From Mobula birostris (taxonomy: Eukaryota), in NCBI RefSeq assembly GCF_030028105.1, contig NC_092380.1:62927717-62991716 (forward strand): a stretch of DNA of 64,000 nt, written 5' to 3'. Of the stretch, positions 38,781-51,792 are shown piece after piece. Within the stretch, counting starts at the first letter, position 1; each line of letters starts with the position of its first letter. The position numbers were made by a program, and so were the translations under genes. The notes below the pieces were generated by a model. That model did not search any database. It had not been told where the DNA came from and saw nothing but the letters and a program-made list of their open reading frames with translations.

Positions 38781-39657
38781 TCAAAGATTCAAAGTACATT
38801 TTTAATCAAAATATTTATTCAGTATACAACCCTGAGAGTTGTCTTCCCACAGACAGCCACGAAACAAAGAAAACTATGGAACCCATTCAAAGAAAAACAT
38901 CAAACCGCACCCCTCCCCCCCATCAACCTGCAACAAGCAAAATAAAAAGCAAGTTGTGCAAAGACCCAAAAAATGAGCAAAAAAACACAGAATATGAAAC
39001 ACAAAAATCATAAGAGTCCAGGTTCAATCAAGCACAGTGTTGTTCTGCAGGCTGCCCCGATCAAAATTGCCCAAAATAGCAACAAAAAAATGGAGTGAGT
39101 GACCAGAAACACATCATAATGTTAACTGCAGAGACCAATCCACAAAATGCGCTGCTTAAATCTTGCCCAAGCTCAGGGACTCCAGCAGAGGGAGAGAGAC
39201 CATTAGAACCCTGGACTCTTATGATTTGAACTCTGGGAGCAGCGAGTGAGAGAGGTCGTCAAACGCAGCCAGCTTACTCCGGCAGCAGTGAGCGTGAGTC
39301 TGGTAGACAGCACTGAACACCAGCTCACCTTCTGCTTTTGCCTCAATGATTTCAATCTTCCTTGACACTTTAATCGGCAAAACTAGAGTCAATCATGGGC
39401 CTGCGCTCCTTCTCCAGGCTTCCTAGCCTCGATGCTGCACGCTTTGCTGGAAACCTCACCTAATACCCTCAGAGACAGCAAAGTGCCAGATCGCTCAATT
39501 GGCCCGAAAACACACCACCAAAATGTAGATCACAGACTCCAACAGTAGCAGAATCAGATTTGAAAGAAAAAGAAGATGTAGAACAAGTGAAAGAAGTACT
39601 TTAGTGAACCATCTGGAAGATATGGCCCTTGGTCACGTTGTTCGCTGGCACCATCTT
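38781..39657 (-). mobile_element. Non-coding, probably non-autonomous LINE derivative inserted in CR1
   Basis: Minus strand starts AAGATGGTGCC and ends ...GTACTTTGAATCTTTGA; no ORF; CR1 RT resumes on both sides. Confidence 0.55.
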
Positions 39658-40879
39658 CTCAAGTGACAAGGGTGATGGATGAAGGTGGAGCTGTGGATGT
39701 TTACATGGATTTTAGTAAGGTGTTCGATAAGTTCCCTCATGGTAGCCTCATCCAGAAGGTTAAGATATATGCGATCAGTGGTATATTGGCTGTTGGATTC
39801 AGAGCTTGCACATAGAAGACAGAGGGTATTGGTCAAAGGTCTTATTCAAGCCAGAGGTGTGTGATTAGTGGTGTTCTACAGGGATTTGTACTGGGACCTC
39901 AGCCGTTTGTGATGTATATAAATGATCTGGATGGAAATCTAGATGGATGGGTTAGTAACTTTGCAGATAATATGAAGATTGGTGCTGTTGTGCTTAGTGT
40001 AGATGGCTGGCAAAGAATACAGCGAGATATTGATCAGTTACAGATATGGGCGGAGAAATGGCAAGTGGAGTTTAACCTGGCATTTGTAAAGCGTTGCACC
40101 TTGGTAGGTCAAATGTAAAGAGACAGTATGCTGTTAAGGACAAGACCTTAAAGTGTTGATAAGCAAAGGGATCTTTGGGTCCAAATTTGTGGGTCCAAAT
40201 TTGTGGCTCCCTGAAAGTGACTACTCAGGTTGATAAGGTGGATAAGAAGGCATATGGCATGTTGCCTCTATTAGTTCAGGCACTGAGTTCAAATGACAGC
40301 AAATTATGTTGCAGCTTTATAGAACTCTCATTTGGCCAAATCTGGAGTATTGCACACAGTTTTGGGTCACACCTTTATGGGACGGAAGTCAAGGTTTTGG
40401 AGAGGGTGCAGAAGAGATTTACTAGGACTCTGCCTGGATCAGAGGGCAGGTGCTATAACGAGAGGTTGGACAAACTTGGACTGTTTTCTCTGGAGCAGCG
40501 GAGACTGAGGGGAGATGTGACAGAGGTTTATAAGACTATGAGACGCCAGATAGAGTTGTATCATTTTCGAACGGTTAAAATCTCTCATACCAGATATCAT
40601 ACATTTGAGGTGACAGGGTGTAATTTTGAAAGAATGTGAGAAGCAAGTTTTATTTAAGAGTGGTGGGTGCCTGAAATGCACTGTCTATGGCAGTGTCAGA
40701 GGCAGATACATTAGGGACTTTTAAGAGATGTTTAGATAGGCACGAGAATGTGACAAAAAATGGAGGGATATGGACATTACGTAAGCATAAGGGATTACTT
40801 TAGTTAGCTATTTGATTACTAATTTATTTGATTTAGTAGAACATAGTGGTCAAAAGGGCCTGGTCCTGTGTTCCCATTC

Positions 40880-41480
40880 TATGTTCTAACAGAAAGATAA
40901 TCTTCAGAACAAGTGGAAAATTGTTTAATCCATGGCAAGGAAACTCCAGTCCCAAAGTAAGCCGAACTTCAGTCCATCTGCACCATGCAGAGGGCATTTG
41001 CAGTTGTGCATGCTTGGAATATGAACTCTAGGTATTATTGAGTCACTCACTGAAGCACAAAAAGATGGACCTTACAATCTTTTCCCACGGCACCTCTGAC
41101 AATGAAGACCCAGGAAATTGCAGCCTACTTCCCATATCTTAAGTGTCAATTCTCAAATGAAGTCAGAGATTGATGAAGAAATTCACCATCACCTCAATAT
41201 GCCAGCCAAGCCTGTATGTGATTATGGAAATATGTATTTGAAGACCATAGACTCCACACAAACCCAATAATATACTGAATCATGGTTTGTGCCCCTCTGT
41301 GTGTTTATGAGACCTGAACTACTCCCAGCAGATGACTAATGACATGAAGAAGATACTAATATTTTCTCTTCAGATCCACCAGACTCACTGAAAATATAAG
41401 TAAACCCATGTCGTTGCTGTCTTGCAGGCCCATATCCCACACTGAGGTCAATCAATTACATCGAGCAGGCAACATCATTC
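40880..41480 (+). mobile_element. Old RTE-like LINE fragment
   Basis: YFPYL...EIDEEIHH...KYVFED remnants at ~41120-41250. Confidence 0.5.
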
Positions 41481-41491
41481 ACATGCCTTCA

Positions 41492-41684
41492 CGAGATATT
41501 CCGCAGATACTGGAAATTCAAGCAACACACACAAAATGCTGGTAGAACGCAGCAGGTCAGGCAGCATCAAGAGATGGTCCTTTCAGTTAGTCCTGAGGAA
41601 GGGTCTCAGCCCGAAACGTCGACTGTACTTCTTCCTATTAATGCTGCCTGGCCTGCTGCATTCACCAGCATTTTGTGTGTGTTG
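41492..41684. mobile_element. Short Penelope inverted-end element with one intact hammerhead
   Basis: Inverted arms; 16-bp TSD CATTCACAT(G/A)CCTTCA at 41476-41491 and 41685-41700. Confidence 0.82.
41588..41625 (+). ncRNA. Minimal type I hammerhead ribozyme motif
   Basis: TAGTC-CTGAGGA-A-GGGT-CTCA-GCCC-GAAA-CGTC-GACTG; predicted cleavage after C41620. Confidence 0.75.
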
Positions 41685-43434
41685 CATTCACATACCTTCA
41701 TCATCTTCCATCCTTGGAAGATCAGGCAGTTCAACAGCACTTTCATCCAGCTGCATATCTTGCCTCAGATAGACTGGTATCCAGGATCCATGACTTTTTA
41801 AGTTCTGGTCTCTATCCGCAGTGTTTGCCTGCCTGAAGTTGGTAAGTTGTGTTGTTATTGAACCTTTTTAAACTTCATGGCTGGCAAAACCTCTTTGTAG
41901 TCAACCAGCTCAATTGGGGTCTTGAGATAATCCAGTCTCTAGTTGTGTTGCAAATTAAGCCACTGCACACATTGCTGAATAGTACCTATTGAGTAAATTT
42001 ATCAAAAGGTTCCTTTGGCTATCCTGATCATGAAGAATACTTACTGCTTGGCTCAGAATACATTCAAACACTAGCACTAGCTACAGCCAAGAAAGACCGT
42101 CATGCATTGATGATGTCTGTCCAGTGACTAGACTAGAAAGGACATGGCTCCTTTTCAACTTCTACAATGTTGTCTGTGGAATGAGAAACTGCCAAATCAG
42201 ATTACTTTAAAATCCTGGCTGTCTGTGGAAGCCACATAAGAATTGAAATGGCTTTTGCAAGCTTATGCAATGGCAAAGTCTATATTTTGTTGGTTTAAAC
42301 CTTTTGTAGTCCCACAGAAATGGATTCAATAAAACAATTGGTTGAGACAGAGAGAGAATTTTTTTTGAGAAATGAGTAAGACTTTGAACGTTTACTAATG
42401 TATTACCATTTAGTCTTCATTTTACTGCTGCTGTGCCTGATATTGTGATCGAAGGAAAAATGACATTGTCCAAGCTTGAAGTTATTTTGTATGATTGTTA
42501 AATATGGAAAATGATTAAACTGGGCCCTTTGGAGGCTAGTTCCTTTATTCCAGTGTGTTTGATGAATATTGCATTGTTTTTTTCAGTCATTAGCACTCTT
42601 GCTGCATTGGTATTACCGACCAGTGTAGTGGCATCCGCACCAGACTTTGAGGCAGCCTTGTAAGAAACAAACGAATGCTAAAGAAATGGTGAGGTTGCCG
42701 CCCGATGCGCCTCAAGGCGCGGAAAGAAAAAACACACATATAGAGCTGTAGTCAGGAACTCAAACTGATTGCCATTTGGGACCTTAAGACTGGAATAAAG
42801 AAACTGAGGATTAAAATCAAAAAATGCTAGCAACATTCAGCATGTCAAGCAGATTCAGTGAAAAGAAAAATAGGGCTAACATTTTAGATCAGAGATTTTC
42901 AAGCAGGGAATTTACCTAATTGGAATCCCAGTCCAGTGCAAAGACCAATTTGTCCTTGGAATGCTTAATAATCATCAATTTAGGACAATATGGTTCCAGT
43001 TCTATTCCATTGCACTGATGTCATCCCAAACAGCCCTTATATTCAAAATTGCCAGCCCAAATTTCCAGAATAATACAAAACTACTTTCAAATGGTCATTA
43101 ACACATTTCATCCAAGAAAAGATATTGAGGTGAGTGCTGTGATGGGGAAACTACAATGATTGAATAATAAAAACAAAAGAAAAGAATTTTATGAAATGAT
43201 ACTTCTCAACATTACATGTTACCTGTGTAATGTTAAAATGACAAATGACAGCAAGACTCATTTGACAATTTAGAACACTCCAATTCTCTCCAGTGATCTA
43301 ACTGAAAGTTTGGACCATGGATTTTAAGGAGAACGTGGTCAAATGCCTTATGTTGCTATATTACTTGGATTTTGTAAGAACATCTTATGCCAATTTAGCA
43401 CCCTAACCTGCATCTGCCTCAATCTTTCTTTTCC

Positions 43435-44719
43435 TTCTATATAAGAATGCCAGGTATGACCTACAGAAGGCTATCTGAAGAGCAATAAAGCAATTCCGAT
43501 TGAAGTTAATGACAGAATCAGGTGCACATTGGCTCTGGAAGAGTTCGCAAGCCATTACTTCCTACAAGACGAAACCTAACATCATAAATGGCTGTGATGT
43601 TCTCTGCCAGATGAGCCTTTTATGCACACTTTAAAAGGGAGAATAAAACCACACCTGTGTGAATCACTGCGGCATGTAACAACTCTGTGATCTCTGTCTC
43701 AGAGGCTAACGTCAGAACATTTCAAAAGGGTGAACTCTTGCAAGGCATCAGGCCCCAATCGTGCACCTGGTAAGCTCTAATACCCTGTGCCGAACAACTA
43801 GCAGGACTGTTCAACGGCATCTTCAATCTCTTGCTGCTGTAGTTAGAAGTTCCCACTTGCTTCAAAGGAGCATCAATCATACCAGTGTCCAAGAAGAGCA
43901 AGGTGATCTGCCTCAATAACTATCAATAACTGGTTGCACTCACGTATTCTGTAATGAAGTGCTTTGAAAGGTTGGTCATGGGTAGAACCAATTCCTGCCT
44001 AAGCAAGGATCTGGGCCTGCTGCAATTTGTCTACTGTCACAATAGGTCTACAGGGAATGCAATCACACTGGCTCTCCACTCAGCCTTGGGCCACCTTGAC
44101 AACAACAATAACTCTGTCAAGCTGCTGTTTATTGATTACAGCTGTGCATTCAGCACCATCATTTATTTATTTATTTAGAGATACAGCATGGAATAGACCC
44201 TTCCAGCTCAACAAGCCACACTGCTCAGCAATCCACCAATTTAATCCTAGCAAATGTACGATGACCAATGAGTGTGTGAGGAAACTGGAGCACTCACAGG
44301 AAGGACGTACAAACTTCTTACAGACAGCAACGGAACTGAACTGTGAACTCCGACTCCCCGAACTGTAATAGCATTACATTAACTGCAATGCTACTGTGCG
44401 ACTATTTCTGAAGAAATTAAATTTAGTTAACTATCCCCTCAATCTAATCAACAAGCCTCTGTCCCTCCCCCCACAACTGAATTATTGATTTCCCGATCAG
44501 GAGACCACAGTCAGTACAGATTGGAAATAACTTCTCCTCACTGACAATTAGCATCGGTGCACCTCAAGGATGTGTGCTTAGCCTTCTGTTCTACTCTCTC
44601 TACATTGTTTGCTGTGTTGCAAGGCACTGCTCAAGTGCCATCTATAAATTTGCCAATGACACAACTCTTGTTGGCACAATCTCAGATGGTGACAAGGAGG
44701 TGTACAGAAGTGAGCCAGA
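43435..44719 (+). mobile_element. Degraded Rex1/L2-like RT (split by a SINE at ~44160-44400)
   Basis: [38 protein letters not shown]. Confidence 0.75.
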
Positions 44720-46157
44720 CAGTGGCATATCTAAGGTATGGCAGGTATGGCACATGCCCTGGGTGCCATTTGAGGGGGGGGGGGGGGCACCACTGAGCAG
44801 TTTCTATTGAAGTCAGACAAGCCATCCTCGGATAGTAAAAAAAGAATTTTCTTCAGATCTATGATCTGTCTTTGATTATCATGGGTGAGAAGCACTAGGA
44901 TGGCCTTATTTCAGAGGATTGTGTAAGAAGACCATGAAACGTTTCTTCACGAAGAAGGAAAGTGGAGCTGAAGGACAGAAGAGACTAAAGTTGGAGGCAG
45001 AGGAAGCCAAGAAGTCAAGCAAGTTCTTCATGCCCTTCTTTGAAAAGCCCGGAACAAGTAGTTCGACACGTTCCATGAAGTCGCCTGCACCTGCAACAAG
45101 TTTGTTAGAATCGAAGGTGGATCAAGTACAAATGTGTCACAAGCCGAGGAGGAAGTCAAGTCAGATAAATCCAAGTATGACGAGATTAAGAGTGAGGCTG
45201 CCACAGAGAACGTGGACATGACAGGAGGGGAAGATGATGGTGGTGGTGGTGATGTTGAATTTACTGACGAGATTTTACCTGACGAGATTGAACCTGACGA
45301 CACTGAACCTAGTGAACTGGATGGTGTCAAAGAGCCTCAAACTGTCATACCAGAAGTGATTGAACAGCATGACATTGGACTTCTGAAGTTTGACGAGGAT
45401 ACTGGAAAAGCAATTCTGCCTGACAGGTTGAGAACAGAAATAATAAAGCTGGGTTCGAAGTATATCCAGAACAGTGAGGGGCCTTTCCTACCAAAAAATA
45501 ACTGCTCAATGAACAAAACTTGGTTCAAGAGGGAATTGGGAAGTGGTCGTGGTGAGGAAGTGACTTGCTCATGGCTAGTCTATTCCCCTTCTAAAAGGTC
45601 TGCATTTTGTATCTGTTGTCTTCTCTATTCCCGGTCAGACCATCAATCCTCATTGGAGCAGGAAAGTAGATTCAACCAGTGGAAAGCACCTGAAAGGATT
45701 AGTGTTCATGAAAATGCCAAGAATCATCGGAAATGCTTCACACAGTGGAAAGAAATGGAAAGAAATTTAGCTGGAAACAGAGGAGTTATTGATGCGTATT
45801 TCAGTCACAGATTGAGAAGGAAAAGCAGAAGTGGCGTGATATCTTGACGAGAATCCTTCACTGCATAAAATTCCTTGCAACTCAGAACCCGGCTTTGCAA
45901 GGACACAGTGAGCCACTTTAGCTAGACAATGACTCCAATGTGGGAAATTTCCTTGGCTTACTGAAACTACTGGTCATCTTTGACCCTGTCATAAAAGAAT
46001 ACCTCACTTATTTGGAAAGTCATCCTGGATCCATGTCTTATCTTTCACCAGGTGTCGAGAACGAATTCATCCATGTGATAGCATCCATGGTTCGCCAGAG
46101 TTTACTGAGAAGCACTCGTAAAGCCAAGTACTACGGTCTCATGATCGACTCAACTCC
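44720..46157 (+). mobile_element. hAT (Tip100/ZMYM1-like) DNA transposon, left half, frameshifted transposase
   Basis: Left end CAGTGGCATATCTAAGG; ATG at 44934 (MKRFFTKKESGAEGQKR); TTF-type zinc finger WLVYSPSKRSAFCICC...FNQWK...HENAKNH; GNFLGLL, YLSPGVENE; first catalytic Asp in YYGLMIDSTP. Confidence 0.88.
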
Positions 46158-48302
46158 GAAGACTGATGCAAAATACTCATTTAGTTCATCAGCCATCTCC
46201 TTGTACCCCATTAGTATTTTTCCTGCCTCATTTTCTAGCGATCCTATATCCACTCTCATTTCTCTTTTATTTTTAACATACTTGAAAAAACTTTTACTAT
46301 CCACTTTGATATTACTTGCTAGCTTGCTTTCATATGTCAGCTTTTCCCTTCTAATGATTTTATTAGTTGCTCTCTGTAGGTTTTTAAAAACTTTGCAATG
46401 CTCTATCTTCCCACTAATTTTTGCTTTGTTGTATGCTTTGACTTCTCTTTTCAGCCACAGTTGTACTTTTTTACCATTTGAGTATTTCTTCATTTTTGGA
46501 ATGCACATATCCTGCATCTTCCTCATTTTTCACAGAAATGCACTCCATTACTGCTCTGCTGTCATCCCTGCCAGCAGCTCCTTCCAATTTACTTTGGCCA
46601 ACTCCTGTCTCATACCACTGTAATTTCCCTTACTCCACTGAAATACTGCTACATCAGACTTTACTTTCTCCCTATCAAATTTTAAGTTGAGCACAATCAT
46701 ATTGTGATCATTGGTTCCTAAGGGTTCTTTTACCTTAAGCTCCCTAATCGCCTCTGGTTCATTACATAACACCCAATCCAGTATAGTTGATCCCCTAGTA
46801 GGCTCAACAACAAACTACTCTAAAAAGCCATCTCTTAGGCATTCAACAAACTCACTCTCCTGAGATCCATTACCAATCTGATTTTCCCAATTGACCTGCA
46901 TGTTAAAATCTCCCATGATTACCATAACATTGCCCTTTTGACTTGCCCTTTCTATTTCCTGTTGTAACCTGTGGTCCACCTCCCAGCCACTGTTGGGAGG
47001 CCTGTATAAAACTGCCATCAGTGTCCTTTTACCCTTGCAGTTTCTTAACTCAACCCACAAGGATTTAACATCTTCCGATCCTATGTCACATCTTTCTACT
47101 AATTTGATGCCATTCTTTACCAGTAAAGCCACACCACCCCCTCTGCCTACTTTCCTATCCCTCCGATATAATGTGTAACCTTGGATATTCAACTCCCAAC
47201 TACAACCATCCTTCAGCCACGATTCACTGATGGCCACATACCTGGCAATCTGTAATATTGCAATAAGAACATCCACCTTATTTCTTATACTACACACATT
47301 TTAATACAACACCTTAAGTACCGTACTTGCTGTTCTTTCTGACTCTGCATCCCTAATGTTTTGATACTCAGCCTGTAGGCTGCAACTAAGTCCCCATCAC
47401 CTGTCTGCCCTTCCTGACAGTACGCTATCTTTACTTTTTTACCATCTGTCCTTTCCTGAATTCCTTCACTCTGGTTCCCACCTCCGCCCCCCCCCCCCGT
47501 CAAGTTAGTTTAAACCCTCCCCAACAGCTCTAACAAACCTGCCCACGAGAATATTATCCCCCTCGGGTTCAGGTGCAGCCCGTCACTTTTGAACAGGTCA
47601 TACCGCCCCCAGAAGAGATCCCAATTATCCAAGAACCTGAAGCCCTGTCCCCTGCACCAGCTTCTCAGCCATGCATTTACCTGCTTTATCATCCCGTTTC
47701 TACCTCACTGGCACATGGCACAGGCAGCAATCCAGAAATTACTACCTGGGAGGGCCTGCTTCTCAGTTTTCTACGTAGCTCTCCAAGTTCTCTTTTCAGG
47801 ACTCATTGCTTTTCCTTCCTATGTCATTGGTACCAATATGTACCAAGACATCTGGCTGCTCCCACTCCCTCTCCAAAATGTTGTGGACGCAATCTGAGAC
47901 ATCCCTGACCCTGGCACCTGGGAGGCAACATACCATTCGGGTGTCTTGTTCACATCCACAGAATCTCCTGTCTGTTACCCTCACTATTGAGTCCCCCATC
48001 AATACTGCTCCCTTCTTCTCTCTTTCCCTTCTGCACTACAGACCTATGCTTGGTGCCTGTAACCCAGTCGCTGTGACATTCTCCCGGGAAGTCATCGCCC
48101 ACAAAAGTATCCAAAACGGTATACTTGTTTTTGAGGGGAATGGCCACAGGTGTGCTCTGCTCTAACTGCCTATTTCCATTTCTCATGACAGTCACCCAGT
48201 TACTTGCCTCTTGCAACTTTGGGATGACTACTTCCCTGTAACTTTGATCAATTATATCCTCGCTCTCCTGTATAAGCCGAAGGTCATCCAGTTGCTGCTC
48301 CA
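46158..48302 (-). mobile_element. CR1 LINE 5' part: ORF1 (SGNH esterase-like) and APE; 3' end missing
   Basis: GDSIVR...VCCLPGARVRDV...HIGTNDIG, WGRYDLFKSDGLHLN (ORF1); ISESWL, GGGVALLVK, MGDFNM (APE). Confidence 0.88.
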
Positions 48303-48744
48303 ATAATAGAGGGAAAAAGGGTCAGCCAGGATTTCTGTTTCTGAGCGCATACAATAATTTCTGCTTCTGAGGCAGACAAAAGAAGAAAAGAGCTATGTTC
48401 AGTAAAGGCTTGGAAATGTAGCACTAATCACAGGTACAGCCTGTCTGCCTTCTTAGCAGTGCTTGAAAAGATCCTTTGGAACTATTTGAAAGAACTGATA
48501 AGTTTACTGAGGTCTTGGCCAACATCTACCATGTAACTCACACAAAAATTTGTCCATAATTATAACATCAAACTTTATATTTAAAAAAAATCAAGTAATT
48601 AACTAGACAGATTACTCATGTATCTCAGTTAAGAACATTTATTGAACACCTGTAGTGCTGTAGTTTAACACAATATCCACTGAATATTTAATAACACCAC
48701 AGCTTAATGGTCTTCTACTGGATGTCTACATTAATTTTATTCAC

Positions 48745-50815
48745 AATTGAGAAAATCTGCAGATGCTAGAAATCCAAAGCAACACACATAAAATGCTGGA
48801 AGACCAGAAGGCCATGAGGATCTATGAAAAAGAGTAAAAAGTCCATGTTTTGGGTGAGCCCCTTCATCAGGCGTGGAAGGGAAGGGAGGGGAGAAGGAGT
48901 CAGAATAAGAAGGTTGGGGGGAAAGGGGCTGAGGAAGAACTACAAGGTGACAGATGAAACTGTGGGGGGGGAGGGGTGAATTCAAGAACTGGGAATTTGG
49001 TGAAAAGAGATAAAAGGCTGGAGAAGGGGAAGCTGATAGGAGAGGACAGAAGAAAGGGAAGAGGGAGAATTACCAGAGGGGGTGATGGGCAGGAAAGAAG
49101 AGAAGGTGTGAGAAGAAAACAAGAATGAGGTATTGTGAGGGGGGGTGGGCAATTACTGGAAATTTGAGAAACTGATGTTCATGCCATCAGATTGGAGGCT
49201 ATCCAGACGGAATACAAGGTGTTGCTCCTCCATCCTGAGTGTGACCTCATCACGGCAGTAAAGGAGGCCATGGACTGATATTACGGGAATGGGAAGTAGA
49301 ATTGAAATGGGTGGCCACCAGAATATTTTGCTTTTTCTGGCAAACGGAACGAAGGTGCTTGATAAAGTGATCTCCCAACCTACATCGGGTCTCACCAATA
49401 AACAGGAGGCTATGCTGGGGGCACCGAATACAGTAGGTGACTCCAACAGACTCACCTCACCTGGAAGGACTGTTTGGGGCCCTGAATAGTAGTGAGGGAG
49501 GAGGTGTAGGGACAGGGGTGGCACTTGTTCTGCTTGCAAGGGTAAGTGCCAGGAGGGAGATCAGCGGGTTGGGAGGAGTGGGCAAGGGAGTCGGGTCAGG
49601 AGCGATCCCTGCAGAAAATGTGCTTGCTGGTGGTATCCTGTTGGAGATGGCAGAAGTTACAGAGAATTATGTGCTGGGTACAGAGGCTCGTGGGGTCATA
49701 GATGAGGACAAGAAGAACCCTATTCCTGGTATGGCAGCAGGAGGATGGGGTGAGGACAGATGTGCATGAAATGGGAGAGTTGTGGATAAGATCAATGTTG
49801 ATGGTGGAGAAAGGGGAGCTCCTTTTGAGGAGGACATCTTAGTTACCCTGGAATGAAAAGCCTCATCCTGCGAGCAGATGCTTTGGAGATGGAGGAACTG
49901 AGAAAATGGAATGGCATTTTTTTTTTTTTTTTTAAAAAACAAGTGACAGGGAGGAAAGAGATATAGTCCACATAGCTGTGAGAGTCAGTAGGTTTATAAA
50001 AGATATCTGTCCTCAGAGATGGAGACAGAGCGATCGAGAAAAGGGAGAGAAGTGTCAGAAATGGACCAAGTAAATCTGAGAGCATGGTGGAAGTTGGAGG
50101 CAAAGTTGATGAAATTGCAGTCGTAGTGTAAGGAGATTTGGGGAGCGATGCTGGTGTAGGCTTGGAACATGGACTGTTCATTTAGCCAATGAAAAGGCAG
50201 GCATGGCAGGGACCCATGTGAGTGCCCATGGCTACACCTTGGGTTTGAAAGAAGTGGGAGGATCCAAAGGCGAAATTGTTGAGCACGAGGACCAATTTCG
50301 CCAGACAGATGAGAGTGGTGGTGGACTGGTTGGGTCTGTTATCCCGAAAGAAGCAGAGAACTTTAAGGCCCTCCTGATGAGGGATAGAAGTGTTTAGGGA
50401 CTGGACATCCATAGTGAAAATGAGATGACTGGGGCCAGGGAACTTAGTCATTGAAAAGATCAAGAGCATCTGAAATATCATGGATGTAGGTAGGAAGGGA
50501 CTGAACCAAGGGAGATAAAACAGTCGAGATATGCAGTCTTGAGTTCAATGGGGCAGGAGAAGGCAGAAGCAATGGGTCTACCTGGACAGTCAGGTTTTTG
50601 GATCTTGGGTAGGAGGTAGAAACAAGACGTGTGGGGTAAGGGAACTATGAGGCTGGTGGCAGTGAATGGAAGATCCCCAGAGTCAATGAGGTCAGTGATG
50701 GTGCGAGAGACAATGGCCTGATGCTCCTTAGTGGGGTTCTGTTCAAGGGGTAAGAAAGAGGAGGTGTCTGAGAGTTGCCGTCTGGCCCTAGCAATGTAGA
50801 GGTGAGTCCGCCAGA
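48745..50815 (-). mobile_element. Penelope-like element, ~2 kb, degenerate RT and GIY-YIG
   Basis: FYLLPKIQKPDCPGRPI, FTMDVQSLNTSIPHQEGL, GVAMGTHMGP, DIFYKPTDSHSY. Confidence 0.88.
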
Positions 50816-50864
50816 TTAGTTTTATCATTAATTTTAAACATTAAGGAGACTTTCAACCTAGAAA

Positions 50865-51465
50865 AACACAAAATGCCAGAAGAACTCAGTGCATTAGGCC
50901 ACATCTACGGAGGGAAATGTTCCAGGTTCATTCCCTTCATCTGGACTGAAATCTGGAGAGACAGCCAGTATGAAAAGGTGGAGGGAAGGGGTCAAGCAAG
51001 TGCTGGCAGGTAATAGATAAATCCAGGTGAGAAGGCTTGATAGGCAGATGGGCGAGGGGAGAATGGGAATAGCATCAGTAGCTAGGATGTGATAAAATGG
51101 AGGTGACAAAGGATGTGAAATAGGAGAAGAATGTGAAATTTGGAATAGAGCGAAGGTGGGGAGAGCAGCTGTGAGCCATGGAGCAGAGGAACCAGTGAAA
51201 GGAGAGTAAGGGTGACGCAGAGAGAATGGAGAAAGGGTAATGAGGGTTGGGTAGATTAGGAGAGAGAAAAGGGACAGAGGGGAAGTGGATTACCACAAGG
51301 TGAAGAATTCAACGCAGGCCATCTCCCCTCCAACTTCCAGACCAATTGAAAGGTCTCAACATGAAACAAACTATACATTTCCCTCCATGGATGATGTCAG
51401 ACCATCTGAGTTCCTCTGGCATTTTGTGTGTTGCTCCAAATTCTAGCATCTACAGTCTCTTGAAC
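50865..51465. mobile_element. Older Penelope terminal fragments in inverted pair
   Basis: CACAAAATGCCAGAAGAACTCAG on the left, CTGAGTTCCTCTGGCATTTTGTGTG on the right. Confidence 0.65.
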
Positions 51466-51786
51466 CTTCCTTTCACCCTAGCACCCTGGTCTGGATTCAA
51501 ATTAAATTCCTAAGGCAAACATCAACATGTTGCTTCAAGCAAAAATCTTTTGGAAATTATAAACCAGTTTAAGTAATTGATTCTGAAGTGATGAAATAAT
51601 TTTTTGGGAAATGTTCTTTCCCCATCAGCAATAGCAATTTGATTCAGTAGTAAATAGCACACGTCAGTTAATGAAATTGACTACTTAAGGAGAAAAGTAG
51701 AAAGCTTCTTGCTTGCAGTAATGACTCAATTCATCTCGATTAAAAAGTTGGTGATCTCAAATGTGGATGGTTGATCAAGAGTGCAT

Positions 51787-51792
51787 TTTATT
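51787..51792 (-). other. Candidate poly(A) signal of CYB561A3
   Basis: AATAAA on the minus strand ~335 nt downstream of the stop codon. Confidence 0.45.

Larger units (their letters stand above)
35170..40870 (+). mobile_element. Degraded CR1 spanning APE to 3' end (pieces ~35170-36260, ~38220-38780, ~39658-40870)
   Basis: MGDFNFPNI, NYRPVSLTS, NFADN, LERVQKRFTR and the 3' tail, colinear around two insertions. Confidence 0.8.

Noticed and set aside
41821-41846. 20-nt plus-strand micro-exon-like signal (CCGCAG...GTAAGT); also isolated splice-like sites near 23295 and 25080
   Set aside because: No recognisable peptide or partner exons; such signals occur by chance.
45940-46623. 227-aa ORF with a hydrophobic C-terminus, resembling a membrane-anchored transposase fusion
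   Set aside because: The hydrophobic part is the antisense read of a CR1 across a deletion junction, and the upstream transposase is frameshifted.
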